DNA from: Leucoraja erinacea
Lineage: Eukaryota
Direction of reading: 5' to 3'
Assembly: GCF_028641065.1 (NCBI RefSeq)
Contig: NC_073414.1
Span: forward strand, 8,246,001-8,310,000
DNA length: 64,000 nt
The stretch's first letter is position 1. Each line of letters begins with the position of its first letter. The translations under genes were made by a program, and so were the position numbers. This document shows, in pieces, positions 1 to 12,447 of the stretch. The notes under the pieces were generated by a model. That model saw only the letters and a list, made by a program, of their open reading frames with translations, was not told where the DNA came from and did no database searches.

Positions 1-805
1 GACTGAAGAAGGGTCTCGACCCAAAACGTCACCAATTCCTTCTCTCCAGAGATGCTGCCTGTCCCGCTGAGTTACTCCAGCATTTTGTGTCTATCTTCAG
101 TTTAAACCAGCATTGTTGGCTATATTTAAGAGGGAGTTAGATGTGGCTCTTGTGGCTAAAGGGATCAGGGGGTATGGAGAGAAGGCAGGTACAGGATACT
201 GAGTTGGATGATCAGCCATGATCACATTGAGTGCAGGCTCGAAGGGCCGAATGGCCTACTCCTGCACCTGTTGTCTATTGTCTATTGACATAATCACCTG
301 AAAAAAACTTCACCAAGGAGAGAGGTTGTCAGCTTCTTGGACGACCAGGAAACGGTTGCTGAGGTCCAGAGCAGGGTCAATCCAGCAACTAGAGTGTTCC
401 TTGTAGGTAGGGTCCGGAGGGCAAGGAGCACGCACTGCCACTCCACTCCAGTAGGGGGAGGAGCGGCTCAGGTATCATTGACCCTGGTGATGGGGTCCAG
501 GGAGTGGAGTGGTCAGGGCTGAAGATGTCCTGGTCGGGTTGCTCCTCGCCCTGGCCAAGCCGGCCATCCATCCATCCGCCAGTCACAGCGCCAGGCGGAA
601 GAGGGCTTTGCCCGAGACAAGTTCAAGTACGTTTATTGTCATGTGTCCCTGATAGGACAATGAAATTCTTGCTTTGCTTCAGCACACAGAACATAGTAGG
701 CATTTACTACAAAACAGATCAGTGTGTCCATATACCATAATATAAATATATACACACATGAATAAATAAACTGATAAAGTGCAAATAACAGATAATTGGT
801 TATTA

Positions 806-1458
806 TCTGAACAGATAATATTTAGAGCATACTGCACACCACTCTACACTGCACACCTGTGGTCGAACTATGGAAACAAGTTTGCAGAGACTAAAGGTGG
901 CATATAACAATGCCATGAGAACACTGCTAAGGAAACCTAGATGGTGTAGTGCCAGTAATATGTTTGTGGCTGCAGGAGTCAGTACTTTAGAAGCTATCCT
1001 AAGACATCACATGTATAAATTCATTTGCAGGATAAATTACTCTAAAAATGTGCTTATTGTGGCCTTGACAAACATAAGGGTTAGCACTACATGCTACGAA
1101 TCCCAGCTGTGGAGACACTGGTATCGTTGTCTCGTTGTAGGACATTGATCATTCTTTTAATCTGGATTTTTAACATGTATTGTGTTTTTAAAAATATATA
1201 TAAATTATGATGTTTTTGAATGCATGAATGAATGAATGATGAATGAATGAAATGAATGAATGAATGATGAATGAATGAATGACGAATGAATGAATGATGA
1301 ATGAATGAATGAAAACTTTATTGTCATATCACTTTTTATAAGTGATATACCAAGATTTTATATGTATTTATGATATTTGATATGCAATGCATTTTTAATG
1401 TAATGTTGCCCCTTGTCTGGACCTTGAGTCCGAAATAAAGTATATTATTATTATTATT
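806..1458 (+). mobile_element. RTE-X-like LINE 3' fragment (RT C-terminal region plus 3' UTR)
   Basis: ORF 870-1148 'LQRLKVAYNNAMRTLLRKPRWCSASNMFV' resembles RTE-X C-termini. It ends in AATAAA plus (TAT)n and is flanked by the 14-bp direct repeat ataattggttatta (792-805, 1459-1472). Confidence 0.6.
1225..1312. repeat. (GAAT)n microsatellite
   Basis: Direct tandem gaat/gat units. Confidence 0.95.
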
Positions 1459-3289
1459 ATAATTGGTTATTAATAATCAGAGTTTTGTCCGAGCCAGGTT
1501 TAATAGCCTGATGGCTGTGGGGAAGTAGCTATTCCTGAACCTGGTTGTTGCAGTCTTCAGGCTCCTGTACCTTCTACCTGAAGGTAGCAGGAAGATGAGT
1601 GTGTGGCCAGGATGGTGTGGGTCTTTGATGATGCTGCCAGCCTTTTTGAGGCAGCGAGTGCGATAGATCCCCTCGATGGAAGGAAGGTCAGAGCCGATGA
1701 TGGACTGGGCAGTGTTTACTACTTTTGCTTACCAGATGCCTGCCCCTTTTCCGGGGTTACGTCCACGCCCAGGTAGTGTTAGAGATGGACATCGTTGTAT
1801 ACTAGTTGTTTAGTATATTTGTAAGGATTGTAAGATGGTTGTTTGAGAATGTCATGGCGAGATAATTTGGTGATGTTGTACTATGGTGGTGGGTGTGAGA
1901 ACACCGTTTTGGTTTTGTATCGTCATCCTAATGAAATAAATTATTTTGATATGAGAAAAAGGAAGGAGAGGGAGGGAGACGGGTGGGGGGGGGGGGAGAG
2001 GGAGGGGGGNNNNNNNNNNNNNNNNNNNNNNNNNNNNNNNNNNNNNNNNNNNNNNNNNNNNNNNNNNNNNNNNNNNNNNNNNNNNNNNNNNNNNNNNNNN
2101 NNNNNNNNNNNNNNNNNNNNNNNNNNNNNNNNNNNNNNNNNNNNNNNNNNNNNNNNNNNNNNNNNNNNNNNNNNNNNNNNNNNNNNNNNNNNNNNNNNNN
2201 NNNNNNNNNNNNNNNNNNNNNNNNNNNNNNNNNNNNNNNNNNNNNNNNNNNNNNNNNNNNNNNNNNNNNNNNNNNNNNNNNNNNNNNNNNNNNNNNNNNN
2301 NNNNNNNNNNNNNNNNNNNNNNNNNNNNNNNNNNNNNNNNNNNNNNNNNNNNNNNNNNNNNNNNNNNNNNNNNNNNNNNNNNNNNNNNNNNNNNNNNNNN
2401 NNNNNNNNNNNNNNNNTATGTTTCTATAAGATACCCCCTCATCCTTCTAAACTCCAGTGAATACAAGCCTAGTCTTTTCAATCTTTCCTCATATGACAGT
2501 CCCGCCACCCCAGGGATCAATCTCGTGAACCTACGCCGCACTGCCTCAATCACAAGGATGCTGCCTCAATCCAGGGAAATGGGGAGAAAGCAGGAATGGG
2601 GTACTGATTGTGGATGATCAGCCATGGTCATATTGAACGGCGGTGGTGGCTCGAAGGACTAAATGGCCTACTCCTGCACCTATGTTTCGGGGCAGGTTGG
2701 TTTGGAGGTTATTTCTGGTGTTGCTGGAGTGACAGGGCAGGTTAGGGGCGTGTTGGTTTATTATCTTCCTGGCAAGGTTTGCTCCGCCTCTCTCTGCCAG
2801 TGGAGAGACACAGAGACACAGAGACAGAGACATGATGCAGCAGCGAGCGGTAAGTGGAGACCCGGCGCTTCCCCAAACCACAAATATCCAAACGAACTAT
2901 GTGATCACAGGCGCCCCCGAACCTTCCCAACCCCGCACCGCCCACCAGTCTGTCCCGGCCGGACCCTGCGCCATCCCGGCGTGAATTGCCACTGGAGCCG
3001 GCCTTCATCTCCAGTCTCCATCAGCTGGTGGTTTTGTGCAGAGCCGGGCAGGATGCAGGCAGGCAGGCAGGCAGTCCATGCATATGGGCATGAGGTGGAA
3101 NNNNNNNNNNNNNNNNNNNNNNNNNNNNNNNNNNNNNNNNNNNNNNNNNNNNNNNNNNNNNNNNNNNNNNNNNNNNNNNNNNNNNNNNNNNNNNNNNNNN
3201 NNNNNNNNNNNNNNNNNNNNNNNNNNNNNNNNNNNNNNNNNNNNNNNNNNNNNNNCTGGAGTAACTCAGCGGGTGAGGCAGTATGAAGG

Positions 3290-3684
3290 AATGGGTGTGT
3301 ATGTGTGTTTGCGTGTATGCTGCCTTATGTATTATATATATGCATGTATGTGTTTACGTGTGCATGCATGCTTGTGTGCATATTTGCAGATGTGTGTATG
3401 TTTACATGTGTGCATTTGCGTGCGTATGTGTGTGGTTGCATGACACGTACACACGCAAACACACACACACACATAAACAAATACTGTGTCTGTATGTGTG
3501 CATGTGTGTAGGTAGGTATATGCATGTATGTATTTGCGTGTTTGTGTGCAAGTGTGTGCATTTACTGTGTATGTGCGTGTACATGTCTATGTGTTTGCAT
3601 GTGTGCGTATGCATATGTGCGTGTATGTATGTGTGTATGTATGTGCATATGTGTGAGTGTGTGTACATGTCTATGTGTTTGCAT
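3290..3684. repeat. Degenerate (TG)n/(CA)n low-complexity tract
   Basis: Alternating TG-rich sequence running into an N gap; it produces spurious Cys/Val-rich ORFs. Confidence 0.9.
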
Positions 3685-4339
3685 NNNNNNNNNNNNNNNN
3701 NNNNNNNNNNNNNNNNNNNNNNNNNNNNNNNNNNNNNNNNNNNNNNNNNNNNNNNNNNNNNNNNNNNNNNNNNNNNNNNNNNNNNNNNNNNNNNNNNNNN
3801 NNNNNNNNNNNNNNNNNNNNNNNNNNNNNNNNNNNNNNNNNNNNNNNNNNNNNNNNNNNNNNNNNNNNNNNNNNNNNNNNNNNNNNNNNNNNNATGTGGT
3901 GTCCGGGTTGTGAAGCGGCCAGCCCCGGTGGGCAGAGGCAGGGAGTGTGAGACCCGGCAGAGTCTGGGGTCAGTGACAGGTGAGCGGTGCAACAGAGCGG
4001 GCTGTAGCGTCCCATTCACACTGATACTGACACCGACACCGACACAAAAGGCCTCTCCATTCATCCACCCGGCCTGGTAAATATTGCATAGCGTTGCCGG
4101 GGAGTCACGAACAGGACTATCAGTGTGTGTGTGTGTTGTCCAACAGTGGCCTGTAAGGAGATCACGTTTTGTTAAATGATAGTTTTTACAAAAAAAATGT
4201 AAGCTGCAATTAATTGTAGTGAGAGGCTGTGTCTTTGCTGTTGTGAATGTGATTGAACTGTGTGGAGAGAGAGAGAGACTTTGTGCATGCGTGTTGGTGA
4301 ACGCGCATTGCGCGTCCCCGCACTGGTGCATAGTTGTGT

Positions 4340-5570
4340 ACATAGAAACATAGAAATTAGGCCATTCGGCCCTTCGAGCCAGCACCGCCATTCAATGTGA
4401 TCATGGCTGATCATCCCCAATCAGTACCCCGTTCCTGCCTTCTCTCCATATCCCCTGACTCCGCTATCTTTAAGAGCCCTATCTAACTCTCTCTTGAAAG
4501 CATCCAGAGAACCTGCCTCCACCACCCTCTGAGGCAGAGAATTCCACAGACTCACCACTCTCTGTGAGAAAAAGTGTTTCCTCGTCTCCGTTCTAAATGG
4601 CTTACTCCTTATTCTTAAACTGTGTGGCCCCTGGTTCTGGACTCCCCCAACTTCGGGAACATGTTTCATAGAAACATAGAAATTAGGTGCAGGAGTAGGC
4701 CATTCGGCCCTTCGAGCCTGCACCGCCATTCAATATGATCATGGCTGATCATCCAACTCAGTATCCCGTACCTGCCTTCTCTCCATACCCCCTGATCCCC
4801 TTTAGCCACAAGGGCCACATCTAACTCCCTCTTAAATATAGCCAATGAACTGGCCTCAACTACCCTCTGTGGCAGAGAGTTCCAGATGTTTCCTGCCTCT
4901 AGTGTGTCCAAGCCCTTAACAATCTTATATGTTCCAATTAGATCCCCTCTCATCCTTCCAAACTCCAGAGTGTACAAGCCCAGCCGCTCCATTCTCTCAG
5001 CATATGACAGTCCCGCCATCCCGGGAATTAACCTTGTAAACCTGCGCTGCACTCCCTCAATAGCAAGAGGCGCGACTCTTCTTCAGACCACCATCCAGCA
5101 TCTTCCTCACACCCAGCAGCTGATTCATAACCTATATAACCATATAACAATTACAGCATGGAAACAGGCCATCTCGACCCTTCTAGTCCGTGCCGAACAC
5201 ATATTCTCCCCTAGTCCCATATACCTGCGCTCAGACCATAACCTTCCATTCCCTTCCCATCCATATAACTATCCAATTTATTTTTAAATGATAAAAACGA
5301 ACCTGCCTCCACCACCTTCACTGGGAGCTCATTCCACACCGCTACCACTCTCTGAGTAAAGAAGTTCCCCCTCATGTTACCCCTAAACTTCAGTCCCTTA
5401 ATTCTCAAGTCATGTCCCCTTGTTTGAATCTTCCCTACTCTCAGTGGGAAAAGCTTTTCCACGTCAACTCCGTCTATCCCTCTCATCATTTTAAAAACCT
5501 CTATCAAGTCCCCCCTTAACCTTCTGCGCTCCAAAGAATAAAGCCCTAACTTGTTCAACCTTTCTCTGTA
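4340..5570 (-). mobile_element. Cluster of CR1/HER1-type LINE 3' fragments
   Basis: Minus-strand ORFs encode 'QRRFTRLIPGMAGLSY...FFSQRVVSLWNSLP', a typical CR1 RT C-terminus, with catagaaa and catataac tails. Confidence 0.9.
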
Positions 5571-5598
5571 ACCTCATCCGCCATTGCAAGCCATCTCA

Positions 5599-5905
5599 GG
5601 GGCAGCACGGTGGCGCAGCGGTAGCGTTGCTGCCTCACGGCGCCAGAGACCCGGGTTGGATCCTGACCATGGGCAGCGTCTGTACGGAGTTTGTACGTTC
5701 TCCCCGTGACCGCGTGGGTTCTCTCCAGGTGCTCCAGCTTCCTCCCACATCCCAAAGACGTGCGGGTTTGCAGGCTTATTGTCCCTCTGTAAACGGTACC
5801 AAGAGAATGGTGAGATATTGTAGAACTGGTGTGAACAGTTCACGGATATTCGGCGTGGTATCTGTGGGCTGAAGCAGCTGTTTCCATGCTGCGTCTCGAA
5901 ACTAA
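5599..5905 (+). mobile_element. HE1-type tRNA-derived V-SINE
   Basis: tRNA-like head (tggcgcagcggtag...gggttggatcc), V-domain 'gtgggttctctccaggtgctccagcttcctcccaca', and a CR1-like tail. Confidence 0.8.
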
Positions 5906-6756
5906 AAGATCTCTTCGAAAAAGGGAAATGTTGTATCTGCCAAACTGACTCAAAAATAGTTCTGACGTGACAACAAGGCTGTACACAGGTCAGGTGTTTG
6001 TAAGTTGGGGAGGTTCTGCATGAGGATGTAGACACAAGGAACTGCAGATGCCGGATTATAATTAAGGGCACAAAGTGCTGGAGTAACTCAGCGAGTCAGG
6101 CAGCATCTCTGGAGGACATGGATAGGTGGACGTTTCGGGTCAGGACCCTTCTTCAGGCTGATTGATGCAGGGGGAAGAAAGCAGGAAGAGAGGAGGGGGC
6201 AAAGCCCGGCGAGTGATAGGTGGATACAGGCGGGCTGGGGTTTGTTGGGTGGACAAGGGCCAGAGATGAGAGGAAGCCAAAGGACTGGAAGACAAAAATG
6301 CTGGAGAATCTCAGCGGGTGAGGCAGCATCTATGGAGCGAAGGAAATACGCAACTTTTCGGGAACTCTCTGCCACAGAAGGTAGTTGAGGCCACAGTTCA
6401 TTGGCTATATTTAAGAGGGAGTTAGATGTGGCCCTTGTGGCTAAATGGATCAGGGGGTATGGAGAGAAGGCAGGTACAGGATACGGAGTTGGATGATCAG
6501 CCATGTTCATATTGAATGGCGGTGCAGGCTCGAAGTGCCGAATGGCCTACTCCTGCACCTATTTTCTTCACAAAACCCTTCTTCACTGTGGGATGTGTCT
6601 GAGAGCTAATATTTAGCAGGTTCTGAGGATGTCCCTTACCCTAAACCCTAAAACATTGACGAGATCCTTTACCACAGAGGCTGCTTGACTGCCTGGATTC
6701 TTCCATCATTTTCCCATTTGCTTTTAGTTTCTAGATGATACCAGCATCCTGCATTT

Positions 6757-7177
6757 TATGTATGTGTGTGTGTGTTTGTCTGAGTGTGTGCGTGTGCACA
6801 CACGTTAGTGTACGGGCATGTGTGTGCGCGTGCACGTGTGCACACCTATTTGTGTGCACGCATTTGTGTGTGCGCGTACGTGTGCACACTTGTTTGTGTG
6901 CGTGCGTATGTGTGTGCGTTTGCCCGTGCGTCTGTGTATGTGTGTGTGTGTGTGTTCCTGCATGCGTGTGTGTGTGTGTTTGCCTGAGTGTGTGCTTGTG
7001 CACACATGTTTGTGTACGTGCATGTGTGTGTGTGTGTGTGCGCACATGTGCACACTTGTTTGTGCGTGCATTTGTGTGTGCGTTTGCCTGTGTGTATGTG
7101 TTTCTGCATGCATGTGTGTGTGTGTGCCCATGAGCCGTGTGTGCATATGCATCCATGTGTTTGTGTGTATGTGTGTT
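6757..7177. repeat. Degenerate (TG)n tract
   Basis: TG/CA low-complexity sequence adjacent to a gap. Confidence 0.9.
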
Positions 7178-7872
7178 CNNNNNNNNNNNNNNNNNNNNNN
7201 NNNNNNNNNNNNNNNNNNNNNNNNNNNNNNNNNNNNNNNNNNNNNNNNNNNNNNNNNNNNNNNNNNNNNNNNNNNNNNNNNNNNNNNNNNNNNNNNNNNN
7301 NNNNNNNNNNNNNNNNNNNNNNNNNNNNNNNNNNNNNNNNNNNNNNNNNNNNNNNNNNNNNNNNNNNNNNNNNNNNNNNNNNNNNNNNNNNNNNNNNNNN
7401 NNNNNNNNNNNNNNNNNNNNNNNNNNNNNNNNNNNNNNNNNNNNNNNNNNNNNNNNNNNNNNNNNNNNNNNNNNNNNNNNNNNNNNNNNNNNNNNNNNNN
7501 NNNNNNNNNNNNNNNNNGAAGAAGGAATTTGGCGTGAAAGCCAGCCCAAGGCTGTCCTAAGGAAAGGATACTGAAGGCTACTACAGTTCAACATGGACAC
7601 AGTGTGTGCAGAGATTACCAGGAACTGAAACAAAATCTTGTGCTCAAACAGAACAACAGAACACTGTTCTTACCAGATTAAGAGGTTAATGTGTTGCGTT
7701 AATATGGACAATGAGCTAATCAGGAGATGAAGAGGTTAAAGGGTTCACTAGATTGGTAATCGGGATTGACGGGTTAGGCCGACACTAAACTGGGCCACTT
7801 GTTGGGCAGGGGAGTGAAGGGGCAAAGTGGACGTTGTGTCGGGCAGCGCGATGAGGGGGTGGGGCAGGATTA

Positions 7873-8250
7873 TTTTCAACTCTCCCTCCCATTCCGAATC
7901 CGACCTTTCTGTCCTGGGCCTCCTACATGGCCAGAGTGAGTCCCACCGCAAATTGGAGGAGCAGCACCTCATATTTCGCTTGGGTAGTTTGCACCCCAGC
8001 GGTATGAACATTGACTTCTCTAATTTCAGGTAGTCTCTGCTGTCTCCTCCTCTTCTCTGCTCTTCCTCAGCCCACTTTCTCCGCATCTTCCTTTCTTCTT
8101 TCCCCCCCACCCTCACATCAGTCTGAAGAAGGGTCTCAACCCGAAACGTTGCCTATTTCCTTCGCTCCATAGATGCTGCCCCACCCGCTGAGTTTCTCCA
8201 GCATTTTTGTCCACCTTCGATTTTCCAGCATCTGCAGTTCTTTCTTAAAC
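7873..8250 (+). mobile_element. Penelope-like element 3' end (GIY-YIG C-terminus plus terminal repeat)
   Basis: 'FNSPSHSESDLSVLGLLHGQSESHRKLEEQHLIFRLGSLHPSGMNIDFSNF', followed by a pyrimidine tract and 'cagtctgaagaagggtctcaacccgaaacgtt'. Confidence 0.8.
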
Positions 8251-10704
8251 GGATTATTTCCTCTGATCAGTTGGTTTGAATCTCGCTCCAGGGATCCACA
8301 ATATCCAGGCTGATAATTCGGACCATCGCTGAGGCTGGTGTTAGGATAAGACATCAAACAGAAGTCCTGGTGATGGGCACTAAATGCTGAAGTGACTCAG
8401 CGGGACAGGCAGCAACTCTGGAGAGTCGAGTCTCCACCCAAAACTAAAATTTGAGGAAGGACATTCTTGCAATTGAGGGAGTGCAGCGTAGTATGTTCAC
8501 AAGGTTAATTCCCGGGATGGCGGTACTGTCATAATAGACAATAGACGCAGGAGTAGGCCATTCGGCCCTTCGAGCCATTCAATGTGATCATGGTTGATCA
8601 TCCCCAATCAGTACCCCGTTCCTGCCTTCTCCCCATATCCCCCGACTCCACTATCTTTAAGAGCCCAATCTAGCTCTCTCTTGAAAGCATCCAGAGAACC
8701 GGCCTCCACCTCCCTCCGAGGCAGAGAATTCCACAGACTCACAATTCTCTGTGTGAAAAAGTGTTTCCTCATCTCCATTCTAAATGGCTCAAATCTTATT
8801 CATAAACTGTGGCCCTGGTTCTGGACTCCCCCAACATCGGGAACATGTTTCCTGCCTCTAGCGTTTCCAAACCATTAACAATCTTATATGTTTCAATATG
8901 TTGATAAAGTGGAGCTGCTGGGCTTGTATTCTGGAATTTAGAAGCATGAGAGGGTAATTTCAAGAGAGAGAGTCAAGGGTGTTTCATTGACATATGTCCC
9001 AGATAGGACAATGAAATTCATTGTCTTATTGAAACATATAAGATTATTAAGGGATGAGACACACTAGAGGCAGGAAACATGTTCCCGATGTTGGGGGAGT
9101 CCAGAACCAGGGGTCCACAGTTTGAGAATAAGGGGTCGGCCATTTAGAACGGAGACGAGGAAACACTTTTTCACGCAGAGGGTTGTGAATCTGTGGAATT
9201 CTCTGCCTCAGGGGGCAGTGGAGGTCAATTCTTTGGATACTTTCAAGAGAGAGTTAGATCGAGCTCTTAAAGATAGCGGAAGTCAGGGGATATGGGGAGA
9301 AGACAGGAATAGGGTACTGATTGTGGATGATCAGCCATGATCACAGTGAATGGTGGTGCTGGCTCAAAGGGCTGAATGGCCTATTCCTGCACCTATTGTC
9401 TATTGTCACCCATTCCTTCTCTCCAGAGATGCTGCCTGAGCCGCTGAGTTACTCCAGCATTTTGTGTCTATGGTTTATCTGCAGTTCCTTCCTGCACAAG
9501 AATAGGTGACGTTTCGGGTCGAGACCTTTCTTCTGATAGGTCCCGACCCGAAACGTCACCTAGCCAATTTCTCCAGCGATGCTGCCTGACCCACTGAGTT
9601 ACTCCATCATTTTGTGTCTACCTTTGTATTTATATACTTATCTACTTGTGTTAATATACTTCTATCTGACCTTCCTTCAACCTCTGGTGCTGCCGAGAAA
9701 GAATGCAAGTCTGTCCAGTCTCTCTGTGCCAGGCAGTATAATGGCAGGTTCTCTGGATGCTTTCAAGAGAGAGCTTGATAGGGCTCTTAAAAATAGCGGA
9801 GTCAGGGGATATGGGGAGAAGGCAGGAACGGGGTACTGATTGGGGATGATCAGCCATGATCACATTGAATGGCGGTGCTGGCTCGAAGGGCCAAATGGCC
9901 TACTCCTGCATCTTCTATCTTTGGTTTCCTTCCACACTCCATAGACGTACAGGTTTGTAGGTTAATTGGCTTGGGAGAGTGTAAAAATGTCCCTAGTGTG
10001 TGTAGGATAGCATTAGTGTGCGGGGATCGCTGGTCGGTGTGGGCTTGATGGTACGAAGGGCCTGTTTCCGCGCTGTATCAAATCTAAACAGAAAAGAATA
10101 AGGGATATTTCTGGGTCGAGACACTTCTTTAGACAGAGTCAAAGGAGAGGGAAACAAGAGATATGAAAAGGCACAAAGAAAAAGATATGCACAGCCAGAT
10201 GATCAAGGATAGGTGGAGCCCACAATGGTCCGTTGTTGGCTGTGGAGAAGGGATAATGAGTGGATAAAAACAGTGAAACTAAGCAGGACTCAGGATGACG
10301 TCCTGACCCTTATACTCACTGCCCCGACTGATGAAAGCGGACATACCAAACGCCTTCTTTGCCACTCTACTTTCTTGGACACCATTGCTGGTATTAGCGA
10401 TTTAATGTAAGAATTTATTTCATTAACGGAATTTAAACCCACTGCCTGTCGTGGGATTTGAACACTAATCTTTGGATTACTAAAGCAGATTTTGGAAACC
10501 TAGTCAACAAAGAGAAGCAGCGTGGCATGTGGAATGTTAATTAGTCCCTTTTTAAAGGGGATCAGAGATCAGATTTTTTACACAGAACCAGACTCTAACC
10601 TGTTCAGTCTGAAGAAAGGTCTCGACCTGAAACATCACCCATTCCTTCTCTCCAGAGATGCTGCCTGTCCCGCTGAGTTACTCCAGCATTTTGTGTCTGT
10701 CTCC

Positions 10705-10995
10705 AGTGTGGAAATACAGTGCAGAAACAGGCCCACCGAGTCCGCACCGACCAGCGATCCCCGCACATTAACACCACTCCGACACACACTAGGGGCAATT
10801 TGTACATTTACACCAAGCGAATTAACCTACAAACTTGTATGTCTTTGGAGTGTGGGAGGAAACCGAAGATCTTGGAGAAAACCCACGCAGGTCACGGGGA
10901 GAACGTGCAAACTCCGTACAGACAGCACCCATAGTCCGTATCGAACCTGGGTCTCTGGCGCTGTGAGGCAGCAACTCTACTCCTGCGCCACCGTG
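10705..10995 (-). mobile_element. HE1-type V-SINE
   Basis: Near full-length reverse complement of the HE1-type head, V-domain and tail seen at 5599 and 62846. Confidence 0.8.
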
Positions 10996-12447
10996 TCTCG
11001 CGTAAGAAGGAACTGCAGATGCTGGTTTACACCGAAGATAGACACAAAATGCTGGAGTAACTCAGCGGGTCAGGCAGCATCTCTGGGGAAAAGGGATAAA
11101 GACATTTCAGATCAGGCGGAGTGTCAAGGAGGGGGACACTGGAGGTGTGGGAAGGTACAGGTACAGAGCAAAGCAGAGCCTGCATCGATGGCTCAGGAAA
11201 TGTGGAGCCCACAATGGTCCATTGTTGGCTGGTGGCAAGGTGATAGCGAATGAATACAAACGGTGCAATTAGCAAGTAGACTAGGGTGGGGGGAGGAGGA
11301 TGGAGAGAGGGAATGGAGGGCTTACTTGAAGTTGTGGTTCTAGACCTGACCATGAAGGCCCGTTGCCATGACGACGTTGCAGGGTGGGCCTGGCCAAGCC
11401 TAGCCGTGGTGTCCTCTGCCGCGTGCGGTCCACGTGCTCGGCTTCTTGGAGCAGCGTCCGGGTCCAGCAGATCCCCAGGCTGCTGCAGGGCTTCCAGCAG
11501 CCCACTCCCCCGGTGGGTTTCTGTGGGGCCCAGCTCTGTGGTGGGCGAGCCGGAAATCTGTGTTCATGTGAGCTGGCCAAGCGAAATACCAGGCACACTT
11601 TCCTGCCTTACCTGTCTTCCTCTGTTCAGTTCTACAGAGGGACCCCTGTGTTGGCGTACAACATCACTCCTTCCTTCAACAGCACCGCACATGGGTCGGA
11701 AAGATCGGATTAACCCCCCCCAGCGCTCTGGCAATCGGACTGAAGAACAAGGTTCAAGTGATTTCCAGAGGCTAAGCTCTCTCCCCCACCCTCCCACTGG
11801 TGGTTTGAGTAGCTGAGGATCGAGGATACCGCTGGATTGGAGTTTTACCGTTGGTGTAGGCTTAAGAGGTTCCGTAGGCCAAGGTAAAGGGCAGCCATCT
11901 TGGGGGGAGTAGCAATCCCCGCTCATTAACACTGCCTTACACACACTAAGGAACAACGATCACATTTACACCATGCCAATTCGGCCCTTCGGCCCAACTC
12001 TGCCCATGCTGACCCAAATGTCCCATCCAAGCTAGGCCAACCATTTGGCCCATATCACACTAAACCTTTCCTATCCATTATCTATCTTTTAAATGGTAAT
12101 CAGTGACTTTTAATTTGTACCTGTCTCAAATACCTCCTTTGGCAGCTCGTTCCATACACCCACCACCCTCTGAGTGAAATATTTGCCCTTTAGGGGCCTT
12201 TTAAATCTTTTCTCCCCCCTCCTCACCTACTAGTCCACTGGTTATTGATCACCCTATTCAGGGTAAGAGACCCTATCTATCCCCCTCATGATTTTGAGCA
12301 TCTCCGCTAGATCACCCCTCAGCCTCCTGCTGTCCAAGGAATAAGGTCCTTGGCTGGCCAACTTGCCCCTCTAGTTCGGGCCCTTGAGTCCTGGCAACAT
12401 CAGAGGGGGGAGGATGGGGTTTCAGCGGCTTTAGTTGGAGAGGGGGG

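Larger units (their letters stand above)
623..1730 (-). mobile_element. Rex1/Babar-like LINE 3' fragment, interrupted by an RTE-X insertion
   Basis: Tail 'tttattgtcatgtgtccctgataggacaatgaaattc' at ~632 recurs elsewhere (~8990, 22070, 39702). Sequence resumes at ~1473 with 'ttcctgaacctggttg...ttcaggctcctgtaccttctacctgaaggtagcagg', the reverse complement of a Rex-type LLPSGRRY..RFRNS C-terminus. Confidence 0.55.

Noticed and set aside
300-620. Unique GC-rich segment with short ORFs, considered as an exon of a neighbouring gene such as PRX
   Set aside because: No recognisable protein similarity or convincing splice pair.
5599-5680. tRNA-like sequence (also at 14427 and 62846)
   Set aside because: SINE head continuing into a V-domain and LINE tail; not a tRNA gene.
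1843-7633. Long ORFs spanning N gaps or TG repeats (Cys/Val/His/Thr-rich)
   Set aside because: Artefacts of assembly gaps and dinucleotide repeats.
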